A stretch of 57,688 nt of DNA, taken from positions 1-57,688 of the forward strand of contig DVOT01000246.1 in assembly GCA_018713425.1 (NCBI GenBank), in the 5' to 3' direction. Source of the stretch: Candidatus Ornithocaccomicrobium faecavium (lineage in GTDB: Bacteria; Bacillota; Clostridia; Christensenellales; Aristaeellaceae). The notes beneath the pieces were generated by a model. It saw only the letters and a list, made by a program, of their open reading frames with translations, ran no database searches and was not told where the DNA came from. Both the position numbers and the translations under genes were made by a program. This document shows, piece by piece, positions 51,580 through 57,688 of this stretch; the stretch's first letter is position 1, and every line of letters starts with the position of its first letter.

Positions 51580-51630
51580 ATATTTTGGTCGAGGTGACAG
51601 GATTTGAACCTGCGACCTTTTGGTCCCGAA
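51578..51630. repeat. right att site (inside the intact tRNA-Pro)
   Basis: 53/53 identity with 15312-15364. Confidence 0.9.
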
Positions 51631-51662
51631 CCAAACGCGCTACCAAACTGCGCTACACCTCG
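51586..51662 (-). tRNA. tRNA-Pro (anticodon CGG)
   Basis: Cloverleaf folded by hand. Acceptor CGAGGTG/CACCTCG, D stem GCGC/GCGC, anticodon stem TTTGG/CCAAA, loop TTCGGGA, T arm GCAGG-TTCAAAT-CCTGT, encoded CCA. Confidence 0.9.
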
Positions 51663-51667
51663 AAAAA

Positions 51668-51743
51668 TGGAGCCAATGAAGGGACTCGAACCCTTGACCT
51701 GCGGTTTACGAAACCGCTGCTCTACCGGCTGAGCTACATTGGC
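51668..51743 (-). tRNA. tRNA-Thr (anticodon CGT)
   Basis: Acceptor GCCAATG/CATTGGC, anticodon stem GCGGT/ACCGC, loop TTCGTAA, T arm AAGGG-TTCGAGT-CCCTT, encoded CCA. Confidence 0.9.
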
Positions 51744-51758
51744 ACGTCACAGAATATT

Positions 51759-51787
51759 ATTATAGCCATATGAGGCCGCTTCGTCAA
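51759..51787 (-). promoter_or_regulatory. tRNA operon promoter
   Basis: Minus strand TTGACG (51787-51782), 17-nt spacer, TATAAT (51764-51759). Lies ~15 nt upstream of tRNA-Thr. Confidence 0.6.
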
Positions 51788-51883
51788 GAGGTATGCACAA
51801 AGTTTAACAATGCAAAAATGGCCCGCGACGGAGGGCGCCGCAGGCCATTTGGGAGGAGGTTGGCACGCATGCCTTGGATGGCG

Positions 51884-52894
51884 CTAATAGGCCTCGTAAA
51901 TCTCGCAATACAACAGATTTCCCGTTTGATACAGAACCACGCTGAGCGAAGCGCCCTGGCCCACATACTGGAAGCGGAAATCGTCGTCGCCATAGTCGAG
52001 CAGAATCGCCTCGTCCGAGGATGCGACATAATTCTGATTGTATTTTTGGCCATAGGTATGCTTTTCGGTGATGCGCACGCAGTCCAAATCCCGGATGGCC
52101 AGATAGATCGTGCTGGCCGTTTGCGCCACGCCACCACCGCGCACACGCGCCCCGCGCCCATTCACGGCCACGCGGTAACCCGTCTGCGCGCTGCGCTCGC
52201 CCACCAAATCGTTGAACGAAAATTCCTGCCCATAGGCCAGGCGCACGCCCGAAATGGCGGAGGCGGCGCGCATCGCGTTGAACTGCTGGTCCTCGCCGCT
52301 GGAAAAGATCGTATACGCGCTGGAAATCAGCGCGCTGGACGGCGTTGACGGCGCGCCATTTCCACCCACCGTCACCGTTACGGACAAGCCGTATTCACTG
52401 GCCTCGGTGTAGAATGTCATCGTGCCCACGCTGTTGAAAAACGCCATGTCCTGCTCGTTGGCATAGTCCACCAGCACGGCGCTGTCGCCATCCACGGCAT
52501 AATTGTCCGCGAACTTATCGCCATAAAAGTGCAATTCGCTGAAATCCGCAATGCCCGCCTGGCGCACTGCCTGATACACCGTGGTGGCCAGCTGTGCCGC
52601 GCCGCCGCCGCGCACGCGCGCGCCGCGCCCGTTTTCCGCCAGCTTATAGCCCCACTGCGCCGTGCGCGGGCCGATCACATCGTTGAACGAGAAGGTTTCA
52701 CCCAACTCCAGCACATACCCGTTCAAGCGGCTGGCCGCCAATGAAACGTTGTATATTTTGTTTTCCGAAGAACCCAACAGCGTGGTATACCCCGAATACG
52801 CGCGCAAACCGCCGTATGCGCTCTGCGCCGAAGCCGGCAGCGCGCCGAGCAAAAGCGCCAACACGAGCGATAGACAAATCAAGCGCTTTTTCAT
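51884..52894 (-). CDS. secreted VanW domain protein (two VanW-like repeats)
   Basis: Signal peptide MKKRLICLSLVLALLLGALPASA. The FSFND..G.R....GY..A.NGRGARVRGGG.AQ pattern occurs twice. Confidence 0.7.
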   Translation of the reverse strand: MKKRLICLSLVLALLLGALPASAQSAYGGLRAYSGYTTLLGSSENKIYNVSLAASRLNGYVLELGETFSFNDVIGPRTAQWGYKLAENGRGARVRGGGAAQLATTVYQAVRQAGIADFSELHFYGDKFADNYAVDGDSAVLVDYANEQDMAFFNSVGTMTFYTEASEYGLSVTVTVGGNGAPSTPSSALISSAYTIFSSGEDQQFNAMRAASAISGVRLAYGQEFSFNDLVGERSAQTGYRVAVNGRGARVRGGGVAQTASTIYLAIRDLDCVRITEKHTYGQKYNQNYVASSDEAILLDYGDDDFRFQYVGQGASLSVVLYQTGNLLYCEIYEAY

Positions 52895-52974
52895 GAAACC
52901 CCTTCCCTTCCCGCTTTTCCTATTAGACGCGCGCGACGCGAGCGCGGTTCCCATCTTCTGCCAAATTCGCGTGA

Positions 52975-53877
52975 TCAAGATATACTCACGGGCACATCCG
53001 TCAACGCCTGCATTTGCGCGCGATACGGTTCCAGCGCTTCGCGCGCTAGGCTGGTGCGCAGCGCATAACCATCCTGGCGACCCAACTGTTCCCGCTTGGA
53101 AAGCCCCAGTGGATGATAGGGTTCCAGTTCGATCCCTGTCACGTGTCTGGCGGTATTCGCCAGCGCCGCAATGGCGGCGAAATGCGCCTCGCGGTCGTTC
53201 ACGCCGGGAATCACCGGGCAGCGCAAGAGCGTTTTCGCGCCCATATTATCCAGCATGCGGAAGTTGTCCAGGATGAGCGCGTTATCCACACCGGTAAACG
53301 CCTGATGCCGCTGCGCGTCGGTTTCCTTGATATCAAACAAAAACAATCGCGTATACGGCGCAATCTCCCGCAAGGTCTGGGGCGAGCCATAGCCGCTGGT
53401 TTCTATGCAAAGGGAAATTCCCCTTTCCTGCAACAACCGCGCCACCGCCAGGGCAAACTCCGGCTGCGCCAGGGGTTCGCCGCCACTGAATGTGGCCCCT
53501 CCCTCTTCCCCATAGAAAGGCATATCCCGCGCGGCGGCATCGGCGGCCTGCTGCGCCGTGTAAGTTTGGCCCAGGATCGCCAGCGCGCCTGTGGGGCAGG
53601 CCGCGGCGCACGCGCCGCAGGCTGTGCACCGTTCTCGCAAAATGACGTGCGCGCCCTGCTGGCTTGTATGCGCACCGGAGGGACACGCCGCCAGACACGC
53701 CCCGCAGCCGATGCATTTTGCGGCCTGGAAGCTCAGCTCGGGCCGTGCGCGATAACCCTCGGGATTGTGGCACCACTGGCACCGCAGCGGGCACCCCTTA
53801 AAGAACAGCGTGGTGCGAATGCCCGGCCCATCGTGCACGGAAAACCGCTGCACATTGAACAGAATTCCCGTTTCCAT
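52975..53877 (-). CDS. glycyl-radical enzyme activating protein (radical SAM)
   Basis: FSVHDGPGIRTTLFFKGCPLRCQWCHNPE CxxxCxxC cluster, plus two ferredoxin-type Cys clusters. Confidence 0.85.
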   Translation of the reverse strand: METGILFNVQRFSVHDGPGIRTTLFFKGCPLRCQWCHNPEGYRARPELSFQAAKCIGCGACLAACPSGAHTSQQGAHVILRERCTACGACAAACPTGALAILGQTYTAQQAADAAARDMPFYGEEGGATFSGGEPLAQPEFALAVARLLQERGISLCIETSGYGSPQTLREIAPYTRLFLFDIKETDAQRHQAFTGVDNALILDNFRMLDNMGAKTLLRCPVIPGVNDREAHFAAIAALANTARHVTGIELEPYHPLGLSKREQLGRQDGYALRTSLAREALEPYRAQMQALTDVPVSIS

Positions 53878-54050
53878 GTGGATTCCGCCCTTTCGCGAAA
53901 TTTCCTGTTTTCCATTATAAGGGCCGAAGCGCAACCTGTCAACCCGGCGAACGGCCGCTTTCGCCCGCAAAAAGCGGCGGAACCGCCCTCACCGGCCACT
54001 GGCCGCATAGAGGCGTTCCGCCGCAAAACCCCTGCGAAAAAATGCTGGAA

Positions 54051-54959
54051 TTAACCCTTGACCGCGCCAATCATCACGCCCTTGACAAAATAGCGCTGCA
54101 AGAACGGATAAATGCATAGCACGGGAACCGTGGTGAGCACGATGGCCGAATACTTGATGGCCTCGGCAAATTCGTTCACCTGGTCGTTTTCCGCCGCAGC
54201 GGAGTTGAGCAAGTTCGAGTTGGCGATCAGCACCGCGCGCAACACGTTCTGAATGGGCAGCTTGTTGTTATCCTGCAAATAGATGGATGCCGGGAACCAA
54301 CTGTTCCAGTGGCCTACGCCGTAATACAAAAGGAGCACGGCGATGGTGGGCATAATCAGCGGCAGGATGATGCGGAAGCAAATCACCAGGTCGTTCGCGC
54401 CGTCGATGTGCGCGGATTCTTCCAAGCTATCGGGCACGGCTTCGATGGCGGTACGGCAGATGATGCTGTTGTACACGCTCATGGCGCCGGGCAAAATCAG
54501 CGCCCACAGCGAATTGTACAGGCCCAGATCGCGCACGTTCAAATACGTGGGGATCATACCGCCGGAGAAGAACATCGTGAACATGATGATGCCCAGCACA
54601 GGCTTTTTGAACATCACGTTTTTCGACGCCAGGAAGTAGCCGCAGAACAGCGTGAGCAAAATGTTGATCGGCAGCGACACCACCAGCACGAAGAGGATAT
54701 TGAGATAGCCGCTCACCAATAGCGGATGGGTGAAAGCCAGCTCATAGGAGCCGACAGTGAAGCCCACCGGCCAGAGAATCGTGCCCGGATGCGCGACCAG
54801 ATAAGAGTTCTCCGTGAACGACGCCACAATCACGTACCACATGGGATACAGCGTCACGATGCAAAGGAGCACCAGAATGAAACCATTGATAAAATCGAAG
54901 ATGCGCTCGCCCGGCGTTTTGCGGAACGCATTGCTGCGCTTTTTGGCCGTTACCTGCAT
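54051..54959 (-). CDS. carbohydrate ABC transporter permease
   Basis: Six-TM MalG/LplC-like permease with EAA-loop region (ESAHIDGANDLVICFRIILP). Confidence 0.85.
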   Translation of the reverse strand: MQVTAKKRSNAFRKTPGERIFDFINGFILVLLCIVTLYPMWYVIVASFTENSYLVAHPGTILWPVGFTVGSYELAFTHPLLVSGYLNILFVLVVSLPINILLTLFCGYFLASKNVMFKKPVLGIIMFTMFFSGGMIPTYLNVRDLGLYNSLWALILPGAMSVYNSIICRTAIEAVPDSLEESAHIDGANDLVICFRIILPLIMPTIAVLLLYYGVGHWNSWFPASIYLQDNNKLPIQNVLRAVLIANSNLLNSAAAENDQVNEFAEAIKYSAIVLTTVPVLCIYPFLQRYFVKGVMIGAVKG

Positions 54960-54974
54960 GATGATACCTCCCCT

Positions 54975-55919
54975 CTAGAACAGCCCGGATTCGGTCGTTT
55001 TGCGGCTGAACCAGTTTGTCAGCAGCAAGAACACGATGTTCACTGCCGTGTTAAACAGGCCGACTGCCGTGGAGAGGGAATACTGTTGCTTTTCCAAGCC
55101 CATGCGGTATGTATAGGTGGAGAACACGTCTGCCACCTCGTACGTGTTGGCCGTGTACAGCAGCAGCACCTTTTCATAACCCACGTTCAGGATGCTGCCC
55201 ATGCGCAGCACGAAGAGGATCATAATCGTGGGCAAGATGCCCGGGATGGTGATGTGCGCGATCTGCTGGAGGCGGTTCGCGCCATCGATGCGCGCGGCTT
55301 CATACTGCTCCTGATCGATGCCGGACAAAGCCGCCAGATAGATGATGGAGTTCCAGCCAATACTCTGCCAAATTCCGGAAATTACGTAGATCGAGCGGAA
55401 CGCTCCGGGATTGATCATCAAATTCTGGCGCGTGCCGCCAAAGAATTCCGCAATATCCGAAAATAAGCCGTTTTCCTGGCAATAGATCTTGATGAGCGAG
55501 CAGGTGACCACCAAAGAGATGAAATACGGCATGTAGGTGATCGTCTGCACGGTGCGTTTGAATTTGGTGTTCGTAACCTCGTTGAGCATCAGCGCCAACA
55601 GAATGGGCGCGGGGAAACCAAAGACGATGCTCAGCGCGCTGAGCAGGAACGTGTTGCGCAGCAGCCGCCAGAAATAGGGATCGGTGAAGAACGTTTCAAA
55701 CCACAGGACGCCTACCCAGTCGCTGCCGAAGATGCCGCGCGTGGTCCGGTAGTTCTTGAAGGCGATGATGAGACCATACATGGGCTTATAGGCGAACAGC
55801 GCGAGATATACCAGCACCGGCAAAATCAGCAGGTACTTGTATTTGTTCATCTTGAAATCCCGCGCGAGCCGCGTTCCCAGCGAATGCTTGTTATAAATCG
55901 AAGGATTTGCCTTTACCAT
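54975..55919 (-). CDS. carbohydrate ABC transporter permease (LplB-like)
   Basis: MalF/LplB-like permease with EAA loop (EAARIDGANRLQQIAHITIP). Confidence 0.85.
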   Translation of the reverse strand: MVKANPSIYNKHSLGTRLARDFKMNKYKYLLILPVLVYLALFAYKPMYGLIIAFKNYRTTRGIFGSDWVGVLWFETFFTDPYFWRLLRNTFLLSALSIVFGFPAPILLALMLNEVTNTKFKRTVQTITYMPYFISLVVTCSLIKIYCQENGLFSDIAEFFGGTRQNLMINPGAFRSIYVISGIWQSIGWNSIIYLAALSGIDQEQYEAARIDGANRLQQIAHITIPGILPTIMILFVLRMGSILNVGYEKVLLLYTANTYEVADVFSTYTYRMGLEKQQYSLSTAVGLFNTAVNIVFLLLTNWFSRKTTESGLF

Positions 55920-56052
55920 GGTTTTATTCCACCCTCGCTTTCGTGCGCGCCCACGGTGGGAACACGCCCGCCTGATATAAAAGGCGGCGGAGAGCGCAGG
56001 ATGCCGCGCATCTCCGCCGCATGAAGATGAACCTATGCCCTAGGATCGAAGA

Positions 56053-57630
56053 TTAACGGGCCACGTAGCGATCGTAGCAATCCTGGCGAATTTCCTTGAT
56101 TTCCTCATAGTTGTGGGACTTGAGGGATTCAAGGTGCGCTTCCCAAGCCGCGTCGTCATCGATATCCTGCGCGCCGGTGAGGAAGTTCGCAAAGCTCTCG
56201 GTGCAATAGGTGCCGATGCTCTGCCCGATGAGGGAAAGCTCGTCGGACTCATCCAGCGTGAAGGTCGCGCCCACCGGCCACTTCCAATAGGAGGTCACAT
56301 CCTCATTGGGATAGAACCAGATGTCATTGGCCGCGATGGCCGCCTCGGAGTTCTTTTCATACAGCAGCTTGGTGGCCTGGATGCAGGTCGCGCCCCAGGT
56401 CGCGCCGCCATACTTGGTGACGGGGTCGGTATCGGTGTCGTTGGCCAACAGTTCCGTGTACTGCGGCTCGCCGTCCTCGCCATACTCCCAGGACACGCCT
56501 TCCTTACCGAAGTTCCAGTAGAGGAAGCCTTCCGCGGTGTACGCGTAGTCGAGCATCTGCAGGCAGAGCTTCATGGTTTCTTCGTCGGCAGAAGTGGTGA
56601 TAACGCCGGTCTGCGTGCCGATGCCCGGGCCGCCGAAGACCATGCTCAGCGTGCCGTCATCGCCGGTGGGATACTGGATGCCCGCCCAAACGGGTTCCTT
56701 GCCATCCGCCACGCGCTCGTTGTTCCAGTTGGTCAACTGACCCATGGAGGTGATGGAGATACCCACCTGGTCGTTGTGCACCTTGGCCTTGATGGAGGTA
56801 TCGTCCAGCGAGAGGCTATCCTGGTCGAGCAGGCCTTCCTCCCACAGCTTGTTCAACCAGGAAACGTAGGTGCGCCATTCGGGCTGCGCCTGCGCCAGGT
56901 CGACCACGCCGTCTTGCACAAACCAGGTTTCATCCGAAGCGCCGAACGCGCCGAACGCGCCGGAGATACCAGTGGACTGGAAGCGGCTCCACGCGAAGGA
57001 GAACTTGGCGCCGTACTTCTCGTTGAACACGCGGATGACGTTTTCGAATTCAGAAACCGTCTTGGGCGCTTCAAGGCCGCACTCTTCCAGCCAGTCCGTG
57101 CGGATGACCGGGCCGAGGTAGGTGTCGTTCCAGCCGCCGTCCTCGCGGAAGAAGCCGAAAGTATAATACTGACCCTCGTCCGTCTTCATCGCGCGGTCAT
57201 AGGCCGGATTGCTCTGCAGGAAGGCATAATAGGCGGGAGCGTATTCCTGGATGTAAGGAGTGAGATCCCAGATGATACCGTCTTCCAGATAGAGGTTCGC
57301 ATCGTTCATCCAGTAGGTCATCATGATGTCCGGCAGGTTGGCGGGATCGGCAAGCAGCGTGTTGGTGAAGACGCTGCCGGTGGAACCCGCGGTGGGAATG
57401 ATCCACTCGATGTTCACGCCGAGCATCTCGCTCAGGCCCGTGTGGAAGGGAGATTCCGTCCAGTCCGCATACTTCTCATGTGGATTCAGGTTGCTTTCCG
57501 CATACCAGGTAATCGTCTTATCCGAATTGAGCGGATAAGTGTCCGCGCCGGAGAGCAAATCCAGTGCGGATGCGGGGATGCAGGCGAGCGCCAGCATAGC
57601 CACAATCGTGAGAGCCAGGAATTTCTTCAT
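56053..57630 (-). CDS. extracellular solute-binding protein (large LplA-type), probable lipoprotein
   Basis: Signal sequence MKKFLALTIVAMLALAC. 525 aa, upstream of the two permeases. Confidence 0.8.
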   Translation of the reverse strand: MKKFLALTIVAMLALACIPASALDLLSGADTYPLNSDKTITWYAESNLNPHEKYADWTESPFHTGLSEMLGVNIEWIIPTAGSTGSVFTNTLLADPANLPDIMMTYWMNDANLYLEDGIIWDLTPYIQEYAPAYYAFLQSNPAYDRAMKTDEGQYYTFGFFREDGGWNDTYLGPVIRTDWLEECGLEAPKTVSEFENVIRVFNEKYGAKFSFAWSRFQSTGISGAFGAFGASDETWFVQDGVVDLAQAQPEWRTYVSWLNKLWEEGLLDQDSLSLDDTSIKAKVHNDQVGISITSMGQLTNWNNERVADGKEPVWAGIQYPTGDDGTLSMVFGGPGIGTQTGVITTSADEETMKLCLQMLDYAYTAEGFLYWNFGKEGVSWEYGEDGEPQYTELLANDTDTDPVTKYGGATWGATCIQATKLLYEKNSEAAIAANDIWFYPNEDVTSYWKWPVGATFTLDESDELSLIGQSIGTYCTESFANFLTGAQDIDDDAAWEAHLESLKSHNYEEIKEIRQDCYDRYVAR

Positions 57631-57688
57631 GCCGAGTCCTCCTTTTATTTTAGGCGCGCCGCTCGCGCGCCCTGGGGCACAAGAAAAA

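Larger units (their letters stand above)
15312..51630. mobile_element. ~36.3 kb integrated siphovirus-type prophage carrying a DGR
   Basis: Bounded by the 53-bp direct repeats. Tyrosine integrase lies next to the intact tRNA. Complete lysogeny, replication, packaging, head, tail and lysis modules. Confidence 0.9.

Noticed and set aside
15312-51630. A second, remote VR for the DGR elsewhere in the prophage
   Set aside because: I scanned by eye for the invariant TR segments (cgcagccaccagtaacggg and caaagcccccgaagggttcac). I found them only in the TR and the single VR. A computed search could still reveal a diverged copy.

Overview
GC-rich, Clostridia-like chromosomal window; the taxon is inferred from gene content only. 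All motifs, repeats and alignments were read by eye and nothing was computed.

**Host DNA, 1-15.3 kb.** It encodes a YibE/F membrane protein behind a structured leader, an APH-like kinase and a SAM methyltransferase. It also encodes an EAL phosphodiesterase, a GGDEF cyclase and a GH2 glycosidase. The rplJ-rplL operon is present with its promoter and leader. A ~2.5 kb lower-GC island remnant carries a frameshifted large serine recombinase. A hypothetical gene, birA and a GNAT gene complete the block.

**Prophage, 15,312-51,630 (~36.3 kb).** This is a siphovirus-type prophage integrated into the 3' half of tRNA-Pro(CGG). It is bounded by perfect 53-bp att repeats. A tyrosine integrase and a CI-like immunity region sit at the right end. 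The replication, late-activator, HNH/terminase, HK97-type head, tail and lysis modules are all on the minus strand.

**Main finding.** A complete diversity-generating retroelement (DGR) lies at 18.4-22.0 kb, in the order target, Avd-like ORF, TR, RT. The TR and VR are 125 bp each and differ at 12 positions. Every difference falls on a TR adenine, and together they recode nine AAC codons in the C-terminus of the likely receptor-binding protein.

**Other points worth a second look:**
- A self-contained cassette between the tape-measure and distal-tail genes. It has an operator-embedded consensus promoter, a ribbon-helix-helix protein, a convergent candidate antisense sRNA and an unknown 74-aa protein, a layout like P22 immI.
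- A 24-26 bp perfect palindrome present in four identical intercistronic copies.
- A duplicated hairpin-plus-RBS cassette that brackets the inserted cassette.
- A -1 frameshift site (A_AAC_CCT) in the tail chaperone gene.
- A tail protein carrying 17 HxH motifs.
- An activator-type late promoter with 21-bp direct repeats.
- About 750 bp of ORF-less DNA in the left prophage arm.

**Host DNA, 51.6-57.7 kb.** It carries tRNA-Pro and tRNA-Thr, a VanW protein, a glycyl-radical-enzyme activase and a sugar ABC transporter.
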